Below, one piece after another: positions 1 through 9,395 of a DNA stretch of 39,367 nucleotides. The notes under the pieces were generated by a model. It ran no database searches, was not told the origin of the DNA, and saw nothing but the letters and a program-made list of their open reading frames with translations. The stretch covers positions 1 through 39,367 of IMG/VR virus record IMGVR_UViG_3300019874_000013; one strand, 5' to 3'. The DNA is from a virus (taxonomy: Duplodnaviria; Caudoviricetes). The position numbers and the translations under genes are program-made. Numbering within the stretch: position 1 is the first letter of the stretch; each line of letters begins with the position of its first letter.

Positions 1-127
1 AAAATTGGAAAGGAAATAGTTTCAAATATGGAAAAAGAAAAACCTATAGGATAAATATTTAAAAAAAGATAAGTTAGCCTGAAAAAACACGGGGATATAA
101 TGGTTTCTTTCCTTGAATCGAAGACTA
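1..127. repeat. Terminal direct repeat, left copy (circular assembly overlap)
   Basis: 1-127 is identical to 39241-39367; 127 is a typical assembler k-mer length. Confidence 0.95.
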
Positions 128-441
128 AGTTTTTCCAGGAGGGTGTCGCCAATCTGATCGAACAGCTTGACACAATCGAGTTAGGCGCATGCCTTACCAA
201 GTGCCGTTTGATGATGGGCATGTCTCGTAAGGCTGCATCTGAGGCGATGGGGATTGGGCCGGCAATGCTTACCCAATATGAGTACAATATATCTATACCT
301 GGCCCACTGGCATTGAAAAAGATCTTCGAATTCTACGGCCTTCCCCTGGAACGAGCGGATGGAATGGTCTTAGCGGCTATGAAGAAAAAGTATGACACTC
401 AAAAGATGCGTGGTTTAAGAAAGCGGAGGACAAGATCATGA
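100..441 (+). CDS. XRE-family HTH DNA-binding protein
   Basis: GMSRKAASEAMGIGPAMLTQYEYNISIP fits the XRE HTH pattern. Confidence 0.7.
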   Translation: MVSFLESKTKFFQEGVANLIEQLDTIELGACLTKCRLMMGMSRKAASEAMGIGPAMLTQYEYNISIPGPLALKKIFEFYGLPLERADGMVLAAMKKKYDTQKMRGLRKRRTRS

Positions 442-626
442 TGGATGGCTTTATTAATGCAGGAAACGGCCCAAACGGAGCCAATCTAGTGGATAGCAAA
501 GGTCAAGCATATATCTTGCTTAATGGTAGCTTTATCGAGCGTTACAACGCGTTGACGGATTGCATGGTTAAAATGATGGCTCGAGTTGATGAGCTTGAGA
601 AGGTGAATAATGAAAAAGTGCCCTGA
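438..626 (+). CDS. Hypothetical protein
   Basis: ATGA overlap with the upstream gene; GGAGG RBS. Confidence 0.6.
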   Translation: MMDGFINAGNGPNGANLVDSKGQAYILLNGSFIERYNALTDCMVKMMARVDELEKVNNEKVP

Positions 627-828
627 TTGCCAAGAGATTGCCCCCTTTTACGAGGGGTATGATGACTGCTTCTGCGAGAACTGCAACAAGTGGCTAGGAG
701 AAAAGTGCAATGATCCTACATGTAACTTTTGCCCTAAAAGGCCTGATCGGCCTAATGTAAGTCTCGCCAAAGCGAAAAAGATGCCTACAGCGTTTAGATA
801 TATCAAACCAGGAGTGAAAAGTGAGTAA
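610..828 (+). CDS. Cys-rich putative zinc-binding protein
   Basis: CPDC, CENC and CNFC motifs; operon packing. Confidence 0.6.
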   Translation: MKKCPDCQEIAPFYEGYDDCFCENCNKWLGEKCNDPTCNFCPKRPDRPNVSLAKAKKMPTAFRYIKPGVKSE

Positions 829-1102
829 GGAAGAGCCTAAAGAGTTAAGAAAATACGTTGTTTATTGTGGTGAACATGAAATGCCGATTACGGCTGAAGT
901 ATGCATGATTTCTAATGGAATTCTTGAGTTTTACAGAAATGGCGAAGCTCTCATCGTTTTCAAAGAATGGGATTACTTCGTGAAACTTCCCACCGAATGT
1001 TGTGGAAAGTGTGAAGAGGAGTGTGACGAAGAAGAGGATTCTATTGAAGAGAAGCTAGAGAAATTCATGAAGGGATTTGGTTACACGAAGGCAAAGCTAT
1101 GA
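821..1102 (+). CDS. Hypothetical acidic protein
   Basis: GGAG RBS; overlaps both neighbours. Confidence 0.6.
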   Translation: MSKEEPKELRKYVVYCGEHEMPITAEVCMISNGILEFYRNGEALIVFKEWDYFVKLPTECCGKCEEECDEEEDSIEEKLEKFMKGFGYTKAKL

Positions 1103-1356
1103 ATCTAAGACCTCTAGGCAAAAGAGTTCTCATTAAGCGTACGCCTAACGAACAAAAGGTGAAGGGTATCTTGATTCTTGCAGATCAGCAGGTCAAGAAG
1201 GCCGAGGGTGAAGTGATCGCTATGGGCGATGGCATTACCGAGGTTAAAATCGGCGATGTCGTCATGTTCAATCCTTATTCCGGAGTTCCGGTAGGTGCGC
1301 CCGATGACGACTTGCTTTTACTTAAGGAAGAAGAATTGATTGGCGTGGTGGGATGA
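1099..1356 (+). CDS. groES: Co-chaperonin GroES (Cpn10)
   Basis: LRPLGKRVLIK...GEVIAMGDG...VKIGDVVMF...LLLKEEELIGVV is a clear Cpn10 pattern. Confidence 0.92.
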   Translation: MNLRPLGKRVLIKRTPNEQKVKGILILADQQVKKAEGEVIAMGDGITEVKIGDVVMFNPYSGVPVGAPDDDLLLLKEEELIGVVG

Positions 1357-1709
1357 TCTTCACTATCCCAATCCGCATACGATCCGAGGGGAACCTGCAT
1401 GAGCATTGGCGAAAGAAGCATGCCCGAGACAAAGAAACTCAGGCCATGCTAGCCATCTGGTTCAAAAATGCCAGGCTTCCCGAGTATCTACCTTGCACGG
1501 TGAAGTTTACAAGGATTGCGCCACGCAAGATAGATGATGATAATTTGGTCTTTAGTCTCAAGTTTTGTCGCGATTGTGTGGCAGATTACCTGATTCCAGG
1601 CCTTGCAAGGGGTCAAGCGGACTCTGATCCAAGGATTAAGTGGGAATATGCCCAAGAGAAGGGGAAGCCCAAGGAATATGCCTTAAAAGTGGAGATCGTG
1701 AGTGGATAA
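1353..1709 (+). CDS. RusA-like endodeoxyribonuclease
   Basis: SEGN...HW, RKIDDDNLVFSLKFCRD and a C-terminal strand resemble the RusA fold. Confidence 0.7.
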   Translation: MIFTIPIRIRSEGNLHEHWRKKHARDKETQAMLAIWFKNARLPEYLPCTVKFTRIAPRKIDDDNLVFSLKFCRDCVADYLIPGLARGQADSDPRIKWEYAQEKGKPKEYALKVEIVSG

Positions 1710-1896
1710 ATATTCGATAGAAAATCTTGTGCCTACATTTTTGGAGCATAGTATTGAAAGCCAGAAGCGTTATGCTGAGGATGTTAAGAATTACCCCGAT
1801 GCAGAATGGGCTAAAGATCCTTTCGACATTTCACAAGCTTTGCATAGTATTTGTGAAGAATTGATTGAGATTAGGAGAATTTTAGATGAGCGATAG
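1702..1896 (+). CDS. Hypothetical protein
   Basis: GGAG RBS with GTG start; coupled to the upstream gene. Confidence 0.55.
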   Translation: MDKYSIENLVPTFLEHSIESQKRYAEDVKNYPDAEWAKDPFDISQALHSICEELIEIRRILDER

Positions 1897-1926
1897 AAGC
1901 AACGGCTATAACTCAAAGGATAAGTA

Positions 1927-2193
1927 ATGGAAAATTGCGATATGTGTGGCTCAAAGATAGTCGATGGAAAATGTGATTGCGGAATATGGAAGAGTGCTGA
2001 AGAGATGAAGGACTGTCCTATGAAGCAGTCCATCGAGAAATTCCATGACATGAAACGCTTTAGTGTAACAGGTGATGCTCCTCATCTGGGATGTGCAGTT
2101 GTTTATTTCAGGGGAGATTACTTAGATTGCAAAGCGGTCGAGCAGTTCATTTATAATATGAAAGGCAGACCTTATCATGAGGAAAAGGGATGA
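1927..2193 (+). CDS. Hypothetical protein (N-terminal CxxC)
   Basis: AAGGA RBS; operon context. Confidence 0.6.
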   Translation: MENCDMCGSKIVDGKCDCGIWKSAEEMKDCPMKQSIEKFHDMKRFSVTGDAPHLGCAVVYFRGDYLDCKAVEQFIYNMKGRPYHEEKG

Positions 2194-2519
2194 TCTTACA
2201 ATTAATTCCACAGATAGAAATGCAAACAAGTAAAGGCCGAGGCTTTGCCAACTTCCTCGTTGATCGCGGCATGGACTTCGATAACGAATGGATTGTATTC
2301 CTCGATTCTGGCGAGATCTGGAGTTTCCTAAATAAGGATGTGAGGATACCGAAGAATGTTACTTATGGCAGGGATGGGGGAGATAAAGAGGAGAGCGAAA
2401 GTCCTAAGCCAAAAGAAGAGAAGGTTTACACTGCCACATGTGAAAAGTGCGCTGACGATTTCGACTATACTCGGTGGACTTTCACAGGGTATGAGTGTCC
2501 TCGATGTGTGGCAAAATAG
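2190..2519 (+). CDS. Hypothetical protein with C-terminal Zn ribbon
   Basis: ATGA coupling; CEKC...CPRC. Confidence 0.6.
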   Translation: MILQLIPQIEMQTSKGRGFANFLVDRGMDFDNEWIVFLDSGEIWSFLNKDVRIPKNVTYGRDGGDKEESESPKPKEEKVYTATCEKCADDFDYTRWTFTGYECPRCVAK

Positions 2520-2703
2520 CCAAAGTAGGCTTCTTTTTACCTATAGTTGTAGCCATTCTTACATTCATGAAGTAATCGCAATCCTCCCCTTTTCGGGGAG
2601 ATTCGCTAAAGTAAGTGTCTAGAATCTCAGGTTTAGTTAAGAACCGACGGCACTTATCTTTTTGTGGACAGGTGTTATCTATGCATAGGCAAATATCAGC
2701 CAT
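2482..2703 (-). CDS. Small Cys-rich phage protein
   Basis: MADICLC...CPQKDKCRRF; GGAG RBS. Confidence 0.65.
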   Translation of the reverse strand: MADICLCIDNTCPQKDKCRRFLTKPEILDTYFSESPRKGEDCDYFMNVRMATTIGKKKPTLAILPHIEDTHTL

Positions 2704-2734
2704 TAGCTTTCTCCAGTCGTTTCCATAGGTCCTT

Positions 2735-3166
2735 TTATAGCGATATTTCAGGTATCAACATGTAGATATCAGCAATAACAGCGAAGCCCATCCCTTCCAT
2801 ACTAAAGAATTTACCTTCCTCTTTATCGAAGTATACTTTGTGAGGAACAGAATATTTTCCATTAGATAATTTCCAGCAAATAAGGCAGTTTTCATCATCA
2901 GCAGGAAAGTTTTTACCGTCTAAAATAACCCAAACCGATCTGTTTTTACCTATAAAATTATCCAGAGACAGGTTGAATATGTCGCATACTAACACAGCCT
3001 CATCGAGTAAAAGGTTTCTCTTATCATTTTCTATTAGCGACAGACAAGCTCGGTCAATTCCTAATTTAGTAGATAGGTCTAACTGGGTCATATTATATTT
3101 TCTTCTAAGAGTCGCGATCTTATCGCCATGTGTAATTTTCAATTTGCTTTCTCCAATCTCTTCCAT
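2735..3166 (-). CDS. XRE-family HTH regulator with extra C-terminal domain
   Basis: LRRKYNMTQLDLSTKLGIDRACLSLIENDKR. Confidence 0.85.
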   Translation of the reverse strand: MEEIGESKLKITHGDKIATLRRKYNMTQLDLSTKLGIDRACLSLIENDKRNLLLDEAVLVCDIFNLSLDNFIGKNRSVWVILDGKNFPADDENCLICWKLSNGKYSVPHKVYFDKEEGKFFSMEGMGFAVIADIYMLIPEISL

Positions 3167-3534
3167 AGATCCTTATAGTTTATCTTCAGGGAGCACAGCT
3201 TACCCGCATGCCGCTCCGCTATCTTGGACAGAAGGTAAACCGTACGAATTGCCCGTACGTTCATTACCTCTTCCTCGTCGATCAGAGCATCTCTAACCCA
3301 GTCATCGTCCGCTGTAACGTTGTATAGCTGCATAAGCGGAACCACGTCGTCAAAGAAGCGTATCAGTTCGTCGCAGCCGAACTCTTGCAGGAATAGGTTT
3401 ATCTCTTCTTCTAGGGTTTTACGTTTCAATTTACGTTTTCCAAACATTTTATAAGTTTCAACACAGAAACTATTAAAAGAGGGATGCCAAAGCCGAAAGT
3501 TAATATTAGAAATAAGTGTGGGCCCAAAAGCCAA
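3139..3534 (-). CDS. Hypothetical protein (real start probably the internal MFGKRK, about 3447)
   Basis: ORF in the leftward early operon. Confidence 0.65.
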   Translation of the reverse strand: MAFGPTLISNINFRLWHPSFNSFCVETYKMFGKRKLKRKTLEEEINLFLQEFGCDELIRFFDDVVPLMQLYNVTADDDWVRDALIDEEEVMNVRAIRTVYLLSKIAERHAGKLCSLKINYKDLWKRLEKAN

Positions 3535-3562
3535 ACGCCATATTTTATAAAGTATTCTTCAA

Positions 3563-3820
3563 TCATTTAGTTTCCTCTTGCTTCGGCAAATCATCCAAAA
3601 ATATTAATGCCTCGTTAATAATTAAAAATGCATACTTTTCCTGTTGTTCTTTGCTCCACTCTATAAATACCTTAGAGGTTGCATCTGCGACTACTACAAA
3701 AAACAGAGATAATGCTTTTTGGATGCAATCGGGCTTTGTTTTTTTAAGTATAGGAAGTATAGCAGCCCCCATTTGGTTAGCCATATCTGCCATATGAGCT
3801 TTATCATCTTCTTCAATCAT
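3563..3820 (-). CDS. Hypothetical protein
   Basis: Abuts the upstream gene; GGAGG RBS. Confidence 0.6.
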   Translation of the reverse strand: MIEEDDKAHMADMANQMGAAILPILKKTKPDCIQKALSLFFVVVADATSKVFIEWSKEQQEKYAFLIINEALIFLDDLPKQEETK

Positions 3821-4018
3821 TTAGTTTCCCTCCACGATTCGCACCGTCCAGGCGTATTGTTTAATTAGGTCTATCTGCTCAGAAGTCAGGGTCACTGAGT
3901 TCTTGCCGTTACTACGCTTTATAAGAGCGCAGATCATCTTCGACGTATCGCATATGGGGTAATAACGCTCCTTCCCGTAGGAAGGGCGTAGCTCTAAGCA
4001 TATTGTTTTATCGTTCAT
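3821..4018 (-). CDS. Hypothetical phage protein
   Basis: AGGAG RBS; YG-x-ERYYP motif. Confidence 0.65.
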   Translation of the reverse strand: MNDKTICLELRPSYGKERYYPICDTSKMICALIKRSNGKNSVTLTSEQIDLIKQYAWTVRIVEGN

Positions 4019-4024
4019 TTGCTC

Positions 4025-4264
4025 CTAGTAGTAGTCCGGATCGAAGCTATCATCAGCCTTGCGCTCGATGTAGGCTTCAAGCATCCGGTGGTTTGCATCA
4101 AGTAGTTTATCTATAGCACCGTTAAAGTCAGGGTCGATGAGATCTCGCATGATCTGGTTATACTCCTCGGTAAAGAAGTCCTTATCGTCGCCTTGTTCCC
4201 AGGCGCGTTCCATCATGTAGTGACGTTCTTCAAGCTGTGTGTCGTAGAAGGGTTCTGTTTGCAT
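4025..4264 (-). CDS. Hypothetical acidic protein, first gene of the leftward operon
   Basis: GGAG RBS just downstream of the predicted promoter. Confidence 0.65.
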   Translation of the reverse strand: MQTEPFYDTQLEERHYMMERAWEQGDDKDFFTEEYNQIMRDLIDPDFNGAIDKLLDANHRMLEAYIERKADDSFDPDYY

Positions 4265-4288
4265 AGAGTCTCCGTTGTTGTGCCTATT

Positions 4289-4318
4289 AATATATCACTA
4301 GTAGCACTAAGGATGCAA
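4289..4318 (-). promoter_or_regulatory. Sigma70-type promoter TTGCAT-N18-TATATT with extended TG
   Basis: A near-copy lies at 36231-36260; both are followed by ACAACAAC and an RBS. Confidence 0.65.
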
Positions 4319-4428
4319 GAAAAATCATGCTGCACCTATTTTTGTCGATTAAGCCCAGTATATTGGACATAAAATAAAGGCTTGTCAAAAACGGCACTCT
4401 AAAATACTCTAGGTTTTTACTAGGAGTA

Positions 4429-4590
4429 ATGATGAATAAGGAACCTCCAAAAATTGTCGGAAAAGGTCATTCTAAATCAAAAATGAAGAAATTAAAAAGT
4501 AATGTAGAAAAAGTCATGGAATTAAGAAAAACTGATCCCATGAAACAAGACAAAAAGATGGCCGCTTGCTCTAAAATGAAGAAAAAGTAG
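4429..4590 (+). CDS. Small Lys-rich protein (53 aa, not in the ORF track)
   Basis: AGGAG RBS, ATG at 4429, TAG overlapping the GTG start at 4590. Confidence 0.6.
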   Translation: MMNKEPPKIVGKGHSKSKMKKLKSNVEKVMELRKTDPMKQDKKMAACSKMKKK

Positions 4591-4778
4591 TGCCATCTGA
4601 GATAACAGTCATCGTAAAGGATGACGAAAAGACTCTTAGAACAAAGAGCCTCATTTACGAGAGCTATACCGTAGACGAGGCAGACCCTATTTTAAAGGAA
4701 TGTATTGATCGCACCGTTAAAGAGTTTAACGGCGATCCTACAGATATACAAATCAAAATAAGCATGACGGTTAAATGA
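4590..4778 (+). CDS. Hypothetical protein
   Basis: Coupled to genes on both sides. Confidence 0.6.
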   Translation: MPSEITVIVKDDEKTLRTKSLIYESYTVDEADPILKECIDRTVKEFNGDPTDIQIKISMTVK

Positions 4779-5170
4779 GTAGGCCAGAAAAAAATATTGA
4801 TTGGACATTAGTAGATCAATTGTTAATGGCAGGCTGTCTAGGTACAGAAATAGCTGCTCATTTCGATATGCACCAGAATACTTTTTATGCTCGTATAGAA
4901 GAAAAGTATGGGCTTAGTTTCACACATTATTGTCAGGAAAAGCGGTCTAAAGGGGATGCAATGATTCGTGCTAAGCAATATGACAAGGCTTTGAAGGGCG
5001 ATAATAGTATGTTAATTTGGCTTGGTAAGAATAGGCTTAGACAACGTGATAAAGCCCCAGATGAAGAACAATTAGAGAATATGGAGAAACTTGCAGCATC
5101 CCTATCAGCATTTCTTGCACAAACATCCGGAACTAAGCCATCTGTCGAATCGGATCTGGAGACTCAGTAA
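4775..5170 (+). CDS. terS: Terminase small subunit
   Basis: MSRPEKNIDW, an HTH, and GDNSMLIWLGKNRLRQ; lies directly before terL. Confidence 0.8.
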   Translation: MSRPEKNIDWTLVDQLLMAGCLGTEIAAHFDMHQNTFYARIEEKYGLSFTHYCQEKRSKGDAMIRAKQYDKALKGDNSMLIWLGKNRLRQRDKAPDEEQLENMEKLAASLSAFLAQTSGTKPSVESDLETQ

Positions 5171-6590
5171 CCTCTATTATATTAAAGACTCTAATGGAAA
5201 GCGTATCAAGTTCGTGCCTAACTGGGCACAGCTAGAAATCCTTAACGATCCCCACGCTTTTGAGCTTTGCTTAAAATGCCGCCAAATCGGAATGACGACC
5301 CTTTTCTGTATTGATGGTTTGGACTCCGTTCTATGGAACGACAACTTTCAGGCCGGAATAGTCGCCCAAACACTCGATGATGCTTCTAATATCTTCAAAG
5401 ACAAGCTGAAATTTGCCTATGACAATCTGCACCCGACAGTACGCGCTTTATTCAAGCAGGTAGGGGATTCGGCTAAGGAAATGAGCTTTTCCCACGGCTC
5501 CACCATACGAGTAGGTACCTCATTACGCTCTAGCACCCTTCAAATGCTCCATGTCTCCGAGTTCGGTAAGATATGCGCCAAAGATCCAGAGAAAGCACGC
5601 GAGATTATCACGGGTTCTTTAAACACGGTACATGCCGGGCAGAGGATTATCATCGAATCTACAGCAGAAGGAAGAGAAGGGCGGTTCTTTGAGATGTGCC
5701 AAAGTGCGATGGCCAAGAATCGTAGTGAGCTTGGGCCATTAGACTTCAATTTCCGATTCTTTCCCTGGCATAGGCATCCCGAATACAAACTCGATCAGGT
5801 TGTGCCCATTTCTGACTTTCACGCCGAATATTTCGACAAGCTTTACCTCAAGGGCATTGTATTATCAGACGCGCAGAAATACTGGTATGCCAAAAAGTAT
5901 GAGACTCAACAAGAAGATATGACTCGCGAGTTCCCGTCCTTTCCAGAGGAGGCATTTTCGGCTTCACAGGATGGTTATTGGTATGCTACACAAATGAGAC
6001 AACTCCACGAAGAAGGACATATTGCCAATGTTAGCTATGATCGCGCTTTGCCTGTTCACACTGCTTGGGATTTGGGCCAGGCAGATTTTATGGTCGTCTG
6101 GTTTTTCCAGATCAACCGACAAGGTGAAATTAATGTTATTGATTACTACAAGGCTTCTAATACTTCTCTCGATCTTATGGTGTCCATTCTATCATCTAAA
6201 GGGTATGTTTATGGCACTCATATTTGGCCTCATGACGCTAACGCTCGTGACAGAGCTGGGATTACTTTTAAGATGCAGGCAGCGGATTTAAACCTACATG
6301 GCATTGTTTTAGAGAACCATGACTTGAAGGATGGCATTAATAAAGTGAGGATTACCTTATCTAAATGCTGGTTCGATGCTAAGAAGTGTAAAGAGGGGAT
6401 ACATGATCTTGAGGCTTATAAAAAGAAGTGGTCTTCCTCTATTGGGGGCTGGTCTAGCGAGCCTGCTCACGATGCTGCTTCTCACGGGGCTGACGCTTTT
6501 CGTTACCTTGCTGCGGGTTATAGTCGCGTTGCTGGCGCAGCTAATGCAAAAGATGACTACGCGGCTGTAAATGCTTATTATTCGATGTAA
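5091..6590 (+). CDS. terL: Terminase large subunit
   Basis: LKCRQIGMTT (Walker A), LHVSE (Walker B), IIIESTAEG, nuclease motifs AWDLG and SHGADAFRY. Confidence 0.95.
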   Translation: MQHPYQHFLHKHPELSHLSNRIWRLSNLYYIKDSNGKRIKFVPNWAQLEILNDPHAFELCLKCRQIGMTTLFCIDGLDSVLWNDNFQAGIVAQTLDDASNIFKDKLKFAYDNLHPTVRALFKQVGDSAKEMSFSHGSTIRVGTSLRSSTLQMLHVSEFGKICAKDPEKAREIITGSLNTVHAGQRIIIESTAEGREGRFFEMCQSAMAKNRSELGPLDFNFRFFPWHRHPEYKLDQVVPISDFHAEYFDKLYLKGIVLSDAQKYWYAKKYETQQEDMTREFPSFPEEAFSASQDGYWYATQMRQLHEEGHIANVSYDRALPVHTAWDLGQADFMVVWFFQINRQGEINVIDYYKASNTSLDLMVSILSSKGYVYGTHIWPHDANARDRAGITFKMQAADLNLHGIVLENHDLKDGINKVRITLSKCWFDAKKCKEGIHDLEAYKKKWSSSIGGWSSEPAHDAASHGADAFRYLAAGYSRVAGAANAKDDYAAVNAYYSM

Positions 6591-6684
6591 GGTGAGAAAA
6601 TCGTACTATGAATATTTGAATCTGTTAAATACCATCCCAATCTATGGGCATATACACTTTTCCCGTTCATAAAAAGGTAATAAA

Positions 6685-8709
6685 TTGAGAAACAGCGATC
6701 CAATTTTTTGGCCCTCCTCAGATATAGACCTTTCACTTCGACAATCTATGAAGAGGAACTACGATGATTCCATCAACATCTTGCAAACTCAATGGAACAT
6801 GGCCGATCTAGACCAGCGCTTTGCAATGGGGGATCAGGAAATATGGGCTTCTCTTTATCCTGGCACCATGAATTTGCGAAGGAAGATGTTCAACTTCAAC
6901 ATTATTAACCCCATCATCCAGGCTATCACGGGCCATCAGCGCCAGACTCGTAAGTCTACCATTTGCATACCAGTGAAACCCGAAGGGCAGAAGACCGCCG
7001 ACCAGCTTAGTAAGTGCCTTTATCATATCCACAAGAACGGCCTTTATCAAACCTACAGTGAAGCATTTGAGCAGGGGTGTCTAACCACAGGGTTAGGTTT
7101 CCTATATTGCTATAAAGACTTGCAAGACGACCCTATTTCGGGCGATCCGAAGGTGCGCTATATCGACATGAAGCAATGTATCTTTGATCCCTTCTTTAGA
7201 CGTAGAGATCTTTCGGACATGCGTTATTGGTGGGTGAGGACATTCTACGGCAGAGAAGAGGCCGCCCTTAACTACCCTAAGCTCCGAGAAGAAATCTTGT
7301 CGATGCCGAAAGGATGCTATCGGGATGATAAATTCTATTATATGCCCGAGGTTTACCAGCTTCAGTTTCCAGACCTCATAGCTGTAGATGAATACTGGTA
7401 TCTATCCACTCGGGAAGCTACCTTTCTTGTCCAAATAGACACAGAAGAGTGTCAGGAGTGGACGGGGGACGAAGAGCAGCTAAGGGATGTAATGCGGACG
7501 TTTCCAGGGATGTTCCGTGTGCTTAAGCAACCTAAGCAGACGGTAAGGCGTACTATCACTGTAAATGACCGCGTGTTGCTTGATGAAGGGCAGCCTATGG
7601 GCCTGGATCGCTACCCCATCGTTTGTTCCCTAGGATACTTTCAGCCGAACACGGCGTACTATGCGTATAAGTTCAGGGGCGTCGTGAGGGATATGAAAGA
7701 TAGCCAATATCTTTTCAATCAATTAAAAGTATCAAATTTAGATATACTGCAAGCCCAACAACAGGGTTTAAAGATACGTCAAGGTTCACTTGTTACTCCA
7801 GAAGATGGACTAAATCAAGGCCACGGAAGGATGCTTGTCTATAAGAAGGATGCGAATCCTGGGGATATCGAGCAGATGGATATTCACCCTCCTTCACCTG
7901 TCATGTTACAGATGGAAGAGATGCTAATGAATACCGCTCATCGGATTGCTGGTGTTGATCCTTCAGCTATGGGGATAGATGTAGATGATAAGGCCGGAAT
8001 CATCTCTATGATGAGGCAAGTAGCGACAGCAAGGAATTTACAGCGTCTATTTGACCAGTTTGATGAGATGCAAACCCAAATGGGGGATATTCTCATCGAG
8101 ATTATCCAGAAAAGCTGGACATGGGGTAAAGTCAAAATGGTTTGTGGTGAAGATCCAACCGAGGAGTTCGACTCTAAGTTATTCATGAAGTATAACTGCA
8201 AGGTGATTCCAGGCGCGCTTACTGAAACACAGCAGCAGCTTGAATTGGCTCAGCTTCTTTCAGCTAGAGAGATTCTAGGCGATCTAGTATCACCTAAAGA
8301 TCTACTAGAAGCTATGACACTTCAAAACAAAGACAAGCTTATCGAGTCTGTCATGCAGAGGGAGCAAGCTCAGCAAGAACAGCAGAAGCAGATGGCTCAG
8401 ATGCAGATGCAGCAGATGGAAGTGGATAACGCTACTAAGATTGGTTATGCTAAAGCTCAGGAAGGGCTTGCTGAAGAGCGTAAAGCTAAGATCCAGGTTG
8501 ACATCGCTAAGGCTGAGGAAGACATACGCAAATCTCACCTAGATGACACCGAGTCTTTACTTAATGTTGCGAAGATTATGAAAGAGCTTCAGGGCTTAGA
8601 TATTCAGCACTTACAAGCTAAGATCACGATGCTGCATGACATTAACAACCTGAATTTCGAGCCTGATTTTTCTAGCAAAGAACGAAAAAGTTTATTACAA
8701 CAAGTATAA
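6685..8709 (+). CDS. Portal protein (P22-like)
   Basis: 674 aa after terL; FNIINPIIQAITGHQRQ and FDPFFRRRDLSD; Gln-rich helical C-terminus. Confidence 0.88.
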   Translation: MRNSDPIFWPSSDIDLSLRQSMKRNYDDSINILQTQWNMADLDQRFAMGDQEIWASLYPGTMNLRRKMFNFNIINPIIQAITGHQRQTRKSTICIPVKPEGQKTADQLSKCLYHIHKNGLYQTYSEAFEQGCLTTGLGFLYCYKDLQDDPISGDPKVRYIDMKQCIFDPFFRRRDLSDMRYWWVRTFYGREEAALNYPKLREEILSMPKGCYRDDKFYYMPEVYQLQFPDLIAVDEYWYLSTREATFLVQIDTEECQEWTGDEEQLRDVMRTFPGMFRVLKQPKQTVRRTITVNDRVLLDEGQPMGLDRYPIVCSLGYFQPNTAYYAYKFRGVVRDMKDSQYLFNQLKVSNLDILQAQQQGLKIRQGSLVTPEDGLNQGHGRMLVYKKDANPGDIEQMDIHPPSPVMLQMEEMLMNTAHRIAGVDPSAMGIDVDDKAGIISMMRQVATARNLQRLFDQFDEMQTQMGDILIEIIQKSWTWGKVKMVCGEDPTEEFDSKLFMKYNCKVIPGALTETQQQLELAQLLSAREILGDLVSPKDLLEAMTLQNKDKLIESVMQREQAQQEQQKQMAQMQMQQMEVDNATKIGYAKAQEGLAEERKAKIQVDIAKAEEDIRKSHLDDTESLLNVAKIMKELQGLDIQHLQAKITMLHDINNLNFEPDFSSKERKSLLQQV

Positions 8710-8721
8710 AAGGAGATCTAT

Positions 8722-8919
8722 ATGAAAGAAAGCATGGGGAACGCCGGTTACGACCAAGGCAACATGAATCCAAAAGTAGAAGACTATCAGCGTCCAATGG
8801 CCGCTTATTCTCAAGAAGGTTTTAGCAAGACTACACAATATGTAGAGCGTAACAACGCAACTCAAGTCAAAGCTGCTAAAGACATCGAGAAACAGGCTTA
8901 TAAAGGTCGTTATTCATGA
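8722..8919 (+). CDS. Small hypothetical protein
   Basis: AAGGAG RBS. Confidence 0.65.
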   Translation: MKESMGNAGYDQGNMNPKVEDYQRPMAAYSQEGFSKTTQYVERNNATQVKAAKDIEKQAYKGRYS

Positions 8920-9053
8920 AATCTTGTGGCATGAAGGCCAAAGAGCCAATGAAAGATGCAAAGAAAGATATGGGCAATATGATGAAAGCTGGCAAAAAAC
9001 TGGCATCCATTCTTCCTCTGGGAAAGAAGGGTGTGCCTAAAAAGGGTAAGTAA
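8916..9053 (+). CDS. Small Lys/Met-rich protein (45 aa, not in the track)
   Basis: ATGA and TAATG coupling at its two ends. Confidence 0.55.
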   Translation: MKSCGMKAKEPMKDAKKDMGNMMKAGKKLASILPLGKKGVPKKGK

Positions 9054-9223
9054 TGTCTAAATTAGCGAAAGTTAATAAAGTGGCAGTCCAGAAAGGGCCA
9101 ATCGTAGCCGATCAAAAGACTATGAAGACGATGAGCCGCAAAGAAATCAACGTGGAAGATGCGGGACGTAGGGCTTTGCTTGATGACGGTATGACTCTAA
9201 AGATGATGACACCTAAGCGATGA
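9053..9223 (+). CDS. Small basic protein (56 aa, not in the track)
   Basis: TAATG and ATGA coupling. Confidence 0.55.
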   Translation: MSKLAKVNKVAVQKGPIVADQKTMKTMSRKEINVEDAGRRALLDDGMTLKMMTPKR

Positions 9224-9393
9224 CCGAAAAAAAGTATATTGAAGTTACTTTTAAAAACGTTTCAGACTTTAGAAGTCGTATTGCCAGACTTTGGCAGGAA
9301 CAGAAAGATAATGAGTGCTATGACTTTATATTCCTGGATAAGGAAACGGAAAGCGAGTACGAAAAACTGATAAAATGTTTTTATAAAGAGTAA
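9220..9393 (+). CDS. Small hypothetical protein (57 aa, not in the track)
   Basis: ATGA coupling; ends 2 nt before the next gene. Confidence 0.5.
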   Translation: MTEKKYIEVTFKNVSDFRSRIARLWQEQKDNECYDFIFLDKETESEYEKLIKCFYKE

Positions 9394-9395
9394 CG

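Noticed and set aside
1-127. Terminal repeat as a biological DTR
   Set aside because: It is exactly 127 nt and cuts through genes, which fits an assembly overlap of a circular contig.
5091-5170. Programmed terS-terL frameshift
   Set aside because: The 80-nt overlap is explained by a TTG start with GGAG upstream; no clear slippery site was seen.
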